Assembly (NCBI GenBank): GCA_028534125.1
Contig: CM052818.1
Coordinates: 21,516,001-21,580,000 of the forward strand
Source: Lama glama
Taxonomy: Eukaryota
DNA: 64,000 nt
Direction: 5' to 3'
Shown here: one piece after another, positions 50,743-62,760 of the stretch
How positions within the stretch are numbered: the stretch's first letter is position 1
How the letters are laid out: each line of letters begins with the position of its first letter
Translations under genes and position numbers: made by a program
Notes under the pieces: generated by a model
The model's database searches: none
What the model was told of the DNA's origin: nothing
The model's input: the letters and a program-made list of their open reading frames with translations, nothing else

Positions 50743-53700
50743 AACCAAAAACAAACAAACAAGCAAAACCAAAAAAGAAAACAAACAAAAACTATATATG
50801 TACTAGTTCTGCAAAAAGGTCCTGTGGAGGGGAATCAATAACAGATTGCAAATTCCATGATGGAGAACAGTTCATGACTATCACTCATCTTGATGTTCTC
50901 AATACCTAGTAAAGTGACCAGCTCAGAATAGTAACTTACCTTTTAATTTAGCTAAATAAAACATGGATATACTCTGAGACTGTAAAGGTTTACTAAATCG
51001 TATGCTGCTTTTATTACTATGTGTTTATTTGCTAAGTATGTAGCACGTGGTCTAGCATCACTGGAAATGGTTTGGAACTTGCCTTGCTAATGGAGGTTTG
51101 CAGAAGCCATACTTTGCTTTCACCTCTTCTAAAGCCCAGGCCACAAAGCCTTCTTTAATTTTGCCCCTTACTGTGATGGAGCCCTGAGCTCTACCTAGCA
51201 GCTGCTAAGTTCTAATTCTGTTTATTATATTTGACTAGGTAAATGTAAGTTGGTTGTTATCTACAGCTCAAAAGAGTTTCTGCTCTGTATGGAAAATGCG
51301 CTCTTTTTGGACCACTGTAGTGTCTTCATTGATTAGCTTTTATCTACAAAATGCACTTCAGAAAAGTAAACTATTCTTTAAAAAAACATAATAACCCAGT
51401 CATCATTGGTTTAAATCAGTTCATCCTGCCTTTTAACTAATTTTTAAGAGAAATTTACTTATATATATATTTTTTTCTTTTCTTCAGTTTTACTTAAAGT
51501 CTAAATTTTCCCCTGATAAGAAAAGAAAGAGAAAAAAAAATAGTATTAGGATCTCATGGCCTGCCCATCAAAGGATCACTGTAGTCTTGTTTTAAATGGG
51601 TTGATGAGAGAAAATGAACAGGTGCTACAGGTTACTCAGCTGTTCTAAAATTAAAGATTGACATTTTTCCTCTCGTTCTATTAGCAGACCTTTAGTGACA
51701 TGTTAGCACTGGATAATGGTTGCAGCAGTTTAAGCCTCACGCTGTGATTTTTAACAGAAAGCCTAGCTACAGCCGCAAACAATGACATCTCCCCATAGCC
51801 AGTAACCTAATAAGGAAGCATTCGCAGCCTTAGGCAGTTTGACTGAACAGTAAGACAAATCTTGACTTCCAATGTACTGACTCCAATTTAAAGACAATGG
51901 CCTGGCTTAATTAACACGGTATTCATTTGTAACTCAATCAATTTAGAATTTTTGTCCTTTAACCATTGACTCTGCCAGCTTAAAAAGAAAAAGAAGGCTC
52001 AAGCTGCTGAAAATCCCTCTTGATTTGCATTAACAGTAATTTCTGAACCAGCAATGGAATAAATTGACATTATTGCTAAGTTTCCCAATGGCCAGGTAAT
52101 CATAAAACCATATTTTAAATAAGAAGAAAATTTCATTGACTATTTTAGGAATAAACATGAGATATATTTAGCATAATACCAAAATTGAAATTATTAGCTC
52201 ATACCTCTTTTTTGGGGGGGCACTAGATTTAAAATATTAAGCCTTGTCCCAAACATATCTGTTTCAAATTATTATCTCCAACAGTAGCCTAGTAGATTTT
52301 GTCTGGAGTACTTACGGGATTTCATAAACTTCATTTGGCCTTTCTTAGCCCCTTGTCTTTGATGTGACCAACATATACCACCCTCTGAACAGAAATTAAA
52401 ATAAATGCTAACTTGGTCAGATTATTCATCTACACTGATTTTCATTTTAAAACACATCAGCCAACAAAAAAAAAGTTAATTAGATAAGATTCTAGACTAA
52501 AATAGTATTATAAAAACTCATAAGTGAGGATACCATTTTAAGAGAAATAAAACACATGATTATTGCATTAGATCAACTATGTTGTATAAATATATGGTCA
52601 GATTAGAATTTGCTGCCTTCTAAAAATAGTCTTTCCTGAAAACCTTTGCATCCTGCAAAAGTGTGCTCTAAAAAATAACGGAGCTTATGAGGAAAGTGGT
52701 TCAGATCACTCAAAACTTTTAACCAGAGAATAAATAAACATAATAACAATCCTAATAAAAATACTAGCATAGTTCACCTCTGGTGATATTTACACTTAAT
52801 ACATAGTCAATTCTTTACAGCCTTAAACCTTGAGGCTCGTAGACTGGATAATAAAGCAAGAACCTTCAATAGGCTGCATACAAGAGACCCACTTTAGGGA
52901 GAAGGACACATATAGATTGAGAGTGAAAGGATGGAAAAGGATATTCCATGCAAATGGAAAAGCCAAAAAGCAGATGTAGCAGTACTGATTTCAGACAAAA
53001 TAGACTTTAAAACAAGGGCCATAAAGAAAGATAAAGAAGGACATTTTATAATGCTTAAAGGCATAATACAAGATGAGGATATTACAATCATTAATATATA
53101 TGCACCCAATATAGGAGCACTTAAGTACATAAAACAACTACTAACAGAGATAAAGGGGGCATTGATGGGAATACAATCATTGTCAGAGATTTTAACACCG
53201 CATTAACATCACTAGACAGATCTTCCAGACAGAAAATAAAAAAGGCAACAGAGAAATTAAATGATATAATAGAAAAATTAGATATGGCAGATATTTTCAG
53301 AGCATCACACCCCCCAAAAATAGGATATACATTCTTTTCAAGTGTACATGGAACATTTTCTAGGATTGCTCATGTACTTGGGCACAAAAGAAGCCTCGAC
53401 AATTTTAAGAAGATAGAAATTATCTCAAGCATCTTTACTGACCACAATGCCATGAAACTAGAAATCAACAACAGAGAAACAAAGGAGAAAAAAAGGAAAG
53501 CATGGAGATTAAACAACATGCTATTAAAAAACCAATGGGTCAATGATGAAATCAAAGTTGAAATTAAAAAATACCTTGAGACAAATGAAAATGAAACCAC
53601 AACCACTCAAAATTTATGGGACACAGCAAAGGCAGTGCTAAGAGGAAAGTTTATAGTGATTGTTCAAAAAATAAGAACAATCACAAAAAAACAATCTAAC

Positions 53701-55228
53701 CCACCTGCTAAAAGAATTAGAAAAAGAAGAGCAAAAACACCCAAAAGTCAACAGAAGGAAGGACATAATAAAGATCAGGGAGGAAATAAAATAGAGATTA
53801 AAAAGACAATAGAAAAAAATCAATCAAACCAAAAGCTGATTTTTTGAAAGAGTAAATAAAATCAACAAACCTCCGGCCAAACTCACAAAGAAGAAAAAAG
53901 AGAGAGCACAAATAAACAAAATAAGAAAGGAAAATGGAGAAATTGCAACAAATAACATAGAAACACAGAATATCATACGAGAATGTTATGAAAACTATAT
54001 GGAACCAAAATGGATACCCTAGAGGAGATGGACAAGTTTCTGGAAACATACAGTCCACCAAGACTGAATCAAGAAGAAACTGACCACTCGAACAAACTGA
54101 TCACTAGAAATGAAATTGAATTAGCAATAAAAAACCTCCCTACAAATGAAAGTCCAGGACCGGACAGCTTCACCGGGAATTCTACCAAACATACAAAGAA
54201 CCATACCAGTCCTTCTCAAACTCTTCCAGAAGATTGAAAAGAAGGGAATACTTCCAAACCCATTCTATGAAGCCACCATCACCCTGATACCAAAACCAGG
54301 CAAAGACACCACCAAAAAAGAGAATTACAGATCAATATTACTGATGAACATAGATGAAAAAATCCTTACCAAAATACTAGCAAATAGAATCCAACAGCAC
54401 ATAAAAAAGATTATATGTCATGATCAAGTGGGGTTTATCCCAGGAACACAAGGATGGTTCAACATATGCAAATCAATCAATGTAATACATCACATCAACA
54501 AGAGAAAAGACAAAAACCACATGATCACCTCAATAGATGCAGAAAAAGTTTTTGAGAAAATGCAACACCAATTTATGATAAAAACTCTCACCAAAGTGGG
54601 TATAGAGGGAACATACTGCAACATAATATAAGCTATATATGACAAACCTACAGCCAGCATAGTACTCAATGGTGAAAAACTCAAAAGCTTCCCACTAAAG
54701 ACTGGGACAAGACAAGAATGCCCACTTTCACCACTCCTATTCAACATAGTCTTGGAAGTCCTAGCCACAGCAATCAGGCAAGCGAGAGAAATAAAAGGGA
54801 AATTCCAATTTTCCAAATTGGAAAAGAAGAGGTAGAAGTGTCACTATATGCCAATGACATGTTACTAAATATAGAAAACCCTAAAAGGTCCACACGAAAA
54901 CTACTAGAGCTGATCGAAGAATTCAGCAAGGTAGCAGGTTACAAGACTAATGTTAAAAAATCAGTTGCATTTCTTTACACTAATGATGAATCAACAGAAA
55001 AAGAAAGTAAAGAAATAATCCCTTTTAAAATAGCACCCAAAGTAATAAAATACCTAGGAATAAATCTAACCAAGGAGGTGAAAGACTTATACGTGGAAAA
55101 CTATAAAACACTGATTAAGGAAATTAAAGAAGACTTAAAAAAAATGGAAAGATATCCCATGCTCCTGGATTGGAAGAATCAATATTGTTAAAATGGTCCT
55201 ACTCCACAAGGCAATCTACGGATTTAAT

Positions 55229-55728
55229 NNNNNNNNNNNNNNNNNNNNNNNNNNNNNNNNNNNNNNNNNNNNNNNNNNNNNNNNNNNNNNNNNNNNNNNN
55301 NNNNNNNNNNNNNNNNNNNNNNNNNNNNNNNNNNNNNNNNNNNNNNNNNNNNNNNNNNNNNNNNNNNNNNNNNNNNNNNNNNNNNNNNNNNNNNNNNNNN
55401 NNNNNNNNNNNNNNNNNNNNNNNNNNNNNNNNNNNNNNNNNNNNNNNNNNNNNNNNNNNNNNNNNNNNNNNNNNNNNNNNNNNNNNNNNNNNNNNNNNNN
55501 NNNNNNNNNNNNNNNNNNNNNNNNNNNNNNNNNNNNNNNNNNNNNNNNNNNNNNNNNNNNNNNNNNNNNNNNNNNNNNNNNNNNNNNNNNNNNNNNNNNN
55601 NNNNNNNNNNNNNNNNNNNNNNNNNNNNNNNNNNNNNNNNNNNNNNNNNNNNNNNNNNNNNNNNNNNNNNNNNNNNNNNNNNNNNNNNNNNNNNNNNNNN
55701 NNNNNNNNNNNNNNNNNNNNNNNNNNNN
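55229..55728. other. Assembly gap (500 N)
   Basis: Run of N read directly. Confidence 1.
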
Positions 55729-56244
55729 AATCTAAAAAGCAAAAACAAAAACAAACAAACAAACAAAAACAAAGCGTAAATACAGGACAGAAATAGACTC
55801 ATGGACAGAGAATACAGACTTGTGGTTGCCAGGGGGGTGGAGGGTGGGAAGGGATAGACTGGGATTTCAAAATTGCAGAATAGATAAACAAGATTACACT
55901 GTATAGCACAGGGAAATATACACAAAATGTTATGATAACTCACAGAGAAAAAAAATGTGACAATGAGTGTGTATATGACCATGAATGACTGAAAAATTGT
56001 GCTGAACACTGGAATTTGACACAACATTGTAAGATGATTATAAGTCAATTAAAAATGTTAAAAAAAACATGACTGGATAAAGAAGATGTGGTATATTTAT
56101 ACAATGGAATACCACTCATCCATAAAAATGACAACATAACGCCATTTGCAGTAACATGGATGTTCCTGGCGAATGTCATTCTAAGTGAAGTAAGCCAGAA
56201 AGAGAAAGAAAAATACCATATGAGATTGCTTATAAGTGGAATCT

Positions 56245-56247
<3 letters not shown>

Positions 56248-56278
<31 letters not shown>
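56248..56278. repeat. (CA)n microsatellite in L1 3' UTR
   Basis: Read directly. Confidence 0.95.
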
Positions 56279-56280
<2 letters not shown>

Positions 56281-57282
56281 TGCTAAACAGAAACAGACTC
56301 ATAAACATAGAATACAAACTTGTGGTTCCAGGGGGACAGAGGTTGGGAAGGGACTGACTGGGATTTCAAAATGTAGAATAGATAAACAAGATTGTACTGT
56401 GTAGCACAGGGAAATATATACAGGATCTTGTGGTGGCTCACAGCAAAAGAGAATGTGACAATGAATGTATATATGTTCATGTATAACTGAAAAACTGTGC
56501 TCTACACTAGAATTTGACACAACATTGTAAAATGACTATAAGTCAATAAAAAAAATATTAAAAAAACAAAAACAAAAAACCTTGAGGCTTGTGCTTCCTC
56601 CTTCTAAATATAGGTCCTGGGGGGCATTTGATTCTAAAGAGATCATATTTAAAAATTAAAAGTATGAATAATCCAGAGCATAGTATTCTTCATTAATTCA
56701 CTGTTTTAATACAGAGGAAATGTCTTTGCAGCCTCTTCAGCACTCACAGCTACACCACATGGCTTATTCCAGTGGAAGGAATAGAGGTTCTTAAAGCCAC
56801 TAAATGAGCCTGTATTTGAACTAAAGAAAGGTACTTCTGTAGATTTTCAGCTTTTCTCATGGGGTCTTCTCATAAAGTGCTCAGGCTTTCTCTTTAATTG
56901 GGAGAAAACTTGTTCCTAATGGCTTCAAAACATTAATCAAAAAGTGGGAAAGTCACCCATAAAACAACACAACTTCCATGTGTTATTCCTACTTCATTCC
57001 CCTATTTACCAACTAATAAGAGATAATTTGCATCAAAAGAAACTGTGTGGTAAGAAAACCATGTTCTCTATGATAATAAAAAAGGAAGCATGGCTTCTAA
57101 AAGCTAATGAGGGTGGGGAATGAAGGATGAAGAGAAATGGAGATCAAGCTCTCTAACCTGGTACCAGGGTCTTCCACCATCCGACCATTAGTCTGGGCTT
57201 CCAGTTTTATCCTCCTCCCCTGCTGCCCCCAGCTCTCCAGATGAAGCCATTGACCTTTTATTTGGTCCTTGCCTTATGAATT

Positions 57283-57819
57283 TGTTGGGGCTCAGGGCGG
57301 GCCACCCCAAATTATGCTGCAATGGCATATATTTGTTTTGAATTAAAGCTACTTAAGAAATGGCCAATGCAAAAGGGACACTCTGACCCTCCTCTCTGTC
57401 TCCCTGAAAGCAGGAAATAAGTCTCTCATGTGAAATGTGTCCATTGCATCTGGAGGCAGAAGGACACCCTTATTGCCAGAGACAGGGAATTTGGGCTAGA
57501 AGTCTGCATAAACAAAACTGATTACTTCTTTAATTCACCATCCCAAGCTCAAACTTTGTCTAGATTCTTCACTGATTAAGTACCCAAAGCTGAAGTTTCT
57601 TTGTCCAGTCAATTGCTCATAAATTTATTTTTTTTGTCTAAAAAGGTTAAAAGCTGCCTGATTTGGCCACCTCTTAGGTTCTGTTTTTATGAGATCTCCA
57701 TATGCTTGAATTAAAATTTATCAATTTTTTTCCTATTATTCTGTCTTATGCCAGTTTTATTATTAGTCCAGCAACAAGAACTCAAGAAGGGTAGAGGGGG
57801 AAATTTCCCTATGCCTACA
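57283..57819 (+). mobile_element. ERV1 solo LTR (MER34/MER39-like)
   Basis: TGTTGGGGCTCAG...CACCCCAAATTATG start, ATTAAA signal, ...CCTACA end; near-TSD AATT/CATT. Confidence 0.85.
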
Positions 57820-57899
57820 CATTCCATAACTGTCATCCTGAGACTATGGCCTCTATGAATACGGTGCCTACTTGTAGGCCAGGCAGTGGTCCTGTCTCT

Positions 57900-58162
57900 T
57901 CCATAAGCCTTCCTCATTCCTACTCCCTCCTCTGACCCTCTGTTTTGCAACTAACTCATTTAGTTCTTTCTATATAATCCCTTGACCTGCCAACCAAGTT
58001 TATATATGTGCATAGAGAGAGAGAAAATCTTGTCTCTTAAGTTAGACTCTCAGCAAGTTGAGTGAAGGTCTTCATTGTCATCTTCCTCTTTTTTTTTGTT
58101 TTTGTAACCTGCAAGTACCTCGCACTGTTCACATATGGCAAAAGCTCAATAACTATTTGTTC
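57900..58162 (+). mobile_element. L2 3' end
   Basis: TTAGACTCTCAGC...GTACCTCGCACTGTTCACATATGGCAAAAGCTCAATAACTATTTGTT. Confidence 0.65.
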
Positions 58163-59381
58163 TAGAGTTTTTAGCTAATTTTTGAGGGGCTTATATAGGA
58201 CTAGATAATGATCACTTTACACTTGATAAGTATACTCCAAAAGACTTGAAAGAAGTTATGCATGGAACAGTATCTAAAAATAATTTATGCACACAAACTT
58301 AGATTTGAGCTGATTATATTCACAGAGATAAGGATGTGACTACCTTCAGAGGCTGTTCTGAAATAACAGTCTTAGCAAGAATATATATGTGTGCTTAGTA
58401 AAAATTCAGTAAGGAAGGATATAAAATTATATACAGAAATTAATAGCCTTTAAATACACATATAATAGCCAGTTCAAGGATATAATGGTTTGTTGCCCCT
58501 TCTAGTAGCAACAAAGAAGATAAAATATGAATAAACTTTACAAGAAATTTGCAAAATTTATATGAGGAAAATTCCGGGAAAAACCCAAGAGTAAACATGA
58601 ACAAATGGAAAGCCATTTCCCCTATCCTTGGACAGAATGACTCAACATCATAAAGATGCCTGTTTTCCCTAGCCAAGTTATAAATTCAATTGCAATCTCA
58701 ATAAAATACTGACAATTTTGTAATGGAACTAGATAAGTGTTACTAAAGTTTGTACAGAACAAGAACCTGCAAAATTAGTCAGGAAAACCCTGGGGGGAAA
58801 AAGCTATGAGATGGAACTAGCTATATCAGATGCTAAAACATAAGGTGAAGCCTCTATAACAAAAACATTGTGATACCAGCACATGTGTAGACAGGCCAGT
58901 GGAATAGAATAAAAGGTCCAGAAATAGATCAAGTAGATATAAAAATTAGCATATAAAAAAGGTGACATGCCAAATCACTGAGATAAAGGTGGACTTTTTA
59001 GTAAAGAGTGCTGGAATAATTGGGGAGTCACTTGGAAAAAAAAATTAGAAACATATTTTACATCATACACAAGAGTAAAATTCAATTGGATAAGAGATTT
59101 AAATGTACAAAATTAAAGTATGTACGTAGTATAAGAAAAAATGGGTAAATTCCTCTATAACCTGAGTGCAGGGAAAGACTATGACTCAAAATCTAGCTGT
59201 AATACAAGAAAAAATTTGTAAATTTGACTGCATGAAAGTTAAGAAAAATAAAACTTTTGCATGGCAAAAGAAAAAAGAAGCTCACAAACACTATAAACAA
59301 AGTCAACTGTGGAAACATCTGTAACACGTATCAAAGATAAACAGTGAAAAATTGAGGAGAGAAAAAGAACTAAAGTCACAT

Positions 59382-59436
59382 TAGATAGGTAGTGATAGAT
59401 GATAGATAGATAGACAGACGGACAGATAGATAGATA
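59382..59436. repeat. (GATA)/(GACA)n tetranucleotide microsatellite
   Basis: Read directly. Confidence 0.9.
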
Positions 59437-59929
59437 ATCTCTTAAACACAGGAAAAGACATTCAACTTAACTCATAATAAAATAAATAGAAATTAAAACT
59501 ACACTGAGATAGAATTTCTTACCTATCGGATAAGCAACAAAAGGCTTGACCAAACATTCTGGTGGCAAGGCTGAGGGGAAAGAGGTACTCCCACAAAATG
59601 CTGTTAGAAATGGAGGCTGGACCAACCCTTACAAGAAGGGAATTTGGCAATACGTAATAAAGCTACATTTGCATTTACCTTTTCATTTTGCAGCCCCACT
59701 TCTCAGCATTCACCCTAAAGAAACATCTGAGTGATGCAAAAATACATATGCATAAGGTTATTTATTGCAGCATTTTTTTAAGTTCAAAATATTTGAAGCA
59801 ATCTAGATGTCTATACACAATAGAGTGGTTAAATAGACCATAATATATCAACACAATGGAGTAATAAATAACTATAAAAAAGAATGAGGAAGATCTCTAT
59901 GAACTAATACAATGATTTCCAGGCTATAT

Positions 59930-60022
59930 ATATTTATTTATTTATTTATTTATTTTTAATGGAGGTACTGGGCATTGAACCCAGGACCTCGTGCATACTA
60001 AGTATGCACTCTACTACTGAGC
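59930..60022 (-). mobile_element. tRNA-derived SINE (vic-1-like, short form), 5' end missing
   Basis: Reverse GCTCAGTAGTAGAGTGCATACTTAG...GGGTTCAATGCCCAGTACCTCCATT(AAAT)n. Confidence 0.9.
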
Positions 60023-61009
60023 ACAGTGGAAAACCTAGAAGACATCACCTTGTACAGTGATCAGAGGCAGCATCACTAGTAATGGGACAAACCAATATGA
60101 TGCACTGATAAGGACAGCATCACCTCTGTGATATGTCTGCCAAAAGGCATAACCTGAATTAGATCCTAAGAAAACAGTAGCAAACCCAGATTGAAGGACA
60201 TTCAACAAAATAACTAGCCTTTTTTCACTTTTCAAAAATATCGAGGTCACATGAGACAAAGAGAGGCTGAGGAACTGTTCTGGATTAAAGGAGACTTTTC
60301 AGATTAAAGGAGACTCTTAAGAGATATGACAAGTAAATGAAATGAATGATCATGAACTGGATACTGGTCTGGAGAAGGTAACTATAAAGAAAATCATTGA
60401 GAACTGATTAAATTGAATATGGATTATGGGTTAGATAATAATTTTGTTTCAATGTTAAATTTCCTGATTTTGATACTGTGCTTATTATGCAGGAGAATAT
60501 TCTTGTTCTTAGAAAATTCGCAAGGAAGTACTTAATAGTAAAGGGATACCACATCTGCAATTTACTCACAAGTTAGATGGATGGATGGTTAGATAAATAG
60601 ATATTAGACATAGATATAAAAAGATAAAATATATATAGAGAGGTACTATATGTACACAAAGATTTTATGTATATATATGTGTATATACAGAAAAAGAATG
60701 TTAAAGTGAATGGAGTAGAATATTAATAATTGATATTTCCAAGTAAAGGATTTAGGAGTTCACGTAAAGGGTGTGAATGAAGGAAAAAACCAATCTAGCC
60801 CCAGAGAAAGAAAGCCATTGGAACACACTGACTATATAGGTCTTCTTGGTATAAAATAAAAAATAAAAGGAAAGAAAAGGAAGCAAACAAGAACACAAGA
60901 AGCCAGATGGAGCACCGACAGAATCAATCGCCCATATGAAGAGTCCCTCTGAAAACAAGTTATCAGTAAGAGAAGAAAATATTCATAGAAACTCTAAGAT
61001 GACAGAATA

Positions 61010-61125
61010 ATGAGTAATCATAGGTCCTGCTTTGCCCAGGATATCCCGATTTATGCCTGTCGTCCTGGCATGTTATTAATCCCAAAAGTGCTCAAGTTTG
61101 GACGATAAAATATATGATCAGTCCA
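61010..61125 (-). mobile_element. MER94-like hAT-Blackjack MITE
   Basis: TTTGCCCAGGATATCCCGATTTATGCCTGTCGTCCTGGC...AAAAGTGCTCAAGTTTGGACGATAAAATATATG. Confidence 0.8.
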
Positions 61126-61294
61126 CAGAGAATGAGCCATGTCTTTCATTTTTGTAATGGTTTTTATTTTATTTCTTCTTTTCTAAGCTTTTTGCAACTC
61201 ATGCTTCATTTTCTTCAGCTGAATCATTATACCCTCTGATTTCTTATTTCTCTAATCCTGGTCTTATTTTATAGAAGCAATTACTTTCAATAAG

Positions 61295-61395
61295 TTTTTT
61301 TGTTTTTGTTTTCCTTCCCTCCCTCCCTCTCCCTACCTTCCCCTTTCTTTCTTTCTCCCTCCATTCCTCGCTCTTTCCTTCCTTCTTTCTTTTAT
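61295..61395. repeat. CT-rich low-complexity tract
   Basis: TTCC/CCCT/CTTT units read directly. Confidence 0.85.
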
Positions 61396-61658
61396 TTATG
61401 TATTTATATCTTAAATTCATGACTATTGTTTCTGCCTCTACTCCAACACTTCTCCAATAAGTGTTTGTTGTCACTTGTTTTTTTCTGTTTCTTTCCTTCA
61501 GTTTCCTTGTTTTCTGTACTGATCATGCTGACTTTTTTTTTTTTTTTAATTACTCATCTTTGAGCCAGGTGAATTTTTCCAAGGCCAGCTATTTGTAGGA
61601 GGTTCAAGCTGGGAAGAGCCAGAGCCACAGTCCAGGCAATTAGGCTATTCAGATTTCT

Positions 61659-61780
61659 TTCTTTTTGGGGGGGGCGGTGATTAGGTTTTTATTTATTTAT
61701 CTTTAACAGTGGTACTAGGGGTTGAACCCAGGACCTTGTGCATTCTAGACACACACTCTACCACCAAGCTATACCCTCCC
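61659..61780 (-). mobile_element. tRNA-derived SINE (vic-1-like), full length
   Basis: Reverse GGGAGGGTATAGCTTGGTGGTAGAG...GGGTTCAACCCC...AAACCTAATCACC; TSD TCAGATTTCT at 61649-61658 and 61781-61790. Confidence 0.92.
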
Positions 61781-62089
61781 TCAGATTTCTAATAGAATGT
61801 AAGATTGAATAAATTCTGAGCCTTTCCTTTCCCCAAGCCAAATGAAGTTAGCACTCCAGGGCTGCTCAAGATACAGTCTCTTTCCTCAACTCCATCCCGC
61901 CTGAAAGCATGCTTCCTATAACATGCTTCACCCTATCTGCTCCTTAAGACTTCATGCCAAAAATTTTTATAAAGGCTCCTACTATCAGCCTATTCATCCA
62001 TTCCCATTATTCTAAAAATGAGATTATTGGATTTGCCCCTCAGAGTAAAGATGGTGGTTACTTCCATCTTTACTCAGCCAATTAAAAAA

Positions 62090-62480
62090 AACTCAGCCAG
62101 ATCACAAATATGATCTGTCACCTGCTAAAAAAAAATCTTCAATGGCATGCAATTACTTTTCGGATAAAAGTCAAATTCTTTAACATGACCTTACAAAGTC
62201 CTCATAAATAGTTTCAGCTTCAACACTTTCCTTTTCTGCTTTTCCAACAAATATGCCTTAACAGTGATGCCTTCCCTGGCTCCCACAGAAAAATAAATTT
62301 GTCCCCTTTCGTGTCCCCATTGGAAAGTATGCATCCTATTGTATCTATTGCGCACTATTTATTTGCATGCCAGCTGTCTCCAATATACTTTAAGCTCCAC
62401 AAAAGCAAGTAAATTGTCATACTCATTTCATGTACCAAGTACAGAACCTGGTATGTAGAAGGAATTCAATACGTGTTTGT
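62090..62480 (+). mobile_element. L2 3' portion
   Basis: AAAATCTTCAATGGC...GGATAAAAGTCAAATTCTTTAACATGACC...ACAGAACCTGGTATGTAGAAGGAATTCAATA. Confidence 0.8.
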
Positions 62481-62519
62481 GATACAAGTCTAAGTGTATT
62501 CCAAGTTCAACAGCACACA

Positions 62520-62760
62520 AGCAGATATTCCAGCTTTTGGATTTCTGGATTTCTTCCAACCCATGGTTCCTATTGTATTAACTATTTCCCTTTTGTACAT
62601 CAACAGATCATCAGGTTCACTTCCTTTTGAATTCATATGCCCATGTATTTGTCAACATAATCTATATGTGGTAATATTAATAATCATGATTTCTTGGACT
62701 TTTGTATATTATAACTTTGATCAACAAAATATCTTATTATTCCAACATATTGACACTTCA
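62520..62760 (-). mobile_element. Possible very old non-LTR (RTE/L4-like) RT C-terminal remnant
   Basis: Reverse strand with frameshifts gives NIQKSK.IMI...IDYVDKYMGI...KREIVNTIGTMGWKK. Confidence 0.35.

Larger units (their letters stand above)
52838..56576 (+). mobile_element. Young 5'-truncated L1 (ORF2 endonuclease + RT, frameshifted) spanning an assembly gap, with two tandem 3' ends
   Basis: EN motifs ([23 protein letters not shown]), RT motifs ([29 protein letters not shown]); perfect 13-bp TSD AAACCTTGAGGCT at 52825-52837 and 56577-56589. Confidence 0.96.
58385..60760 (+). mobile_element. Old L1 (L1MC-like) ORF2 3' half and 3' UTR, interrupted by GATA repeat and SINE
   Basis: AGTGGAATAGAATAAAAGGTCCAGAAATAGA; AAATTAAAACTACACTGAGATA; CAAACCCAGATTGAAGGACATTC...GGCTGAGGAACTGTTCTGGATTAAAGGAGAC. 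Confidence 0.88.

Noticed and set aside
50930..50965. 12-nt microexon-like motif on the minus strand
   Set aside because: Appears to lie in a decayed L2 tail and lacks a strong pyrimidine tract or UGC motif.
55170..56048. Long ORFs of 180-274 aa in the ORF track
   Set aside because: Artefacts of translating through the 500-N gap.
26470..60315. Short direct duplications at 26470-26503, ~40105-40130 and 60282-60315
   Set aside because: Two-copy slippage products inside old repeats; no array or CRISPR-like structure.
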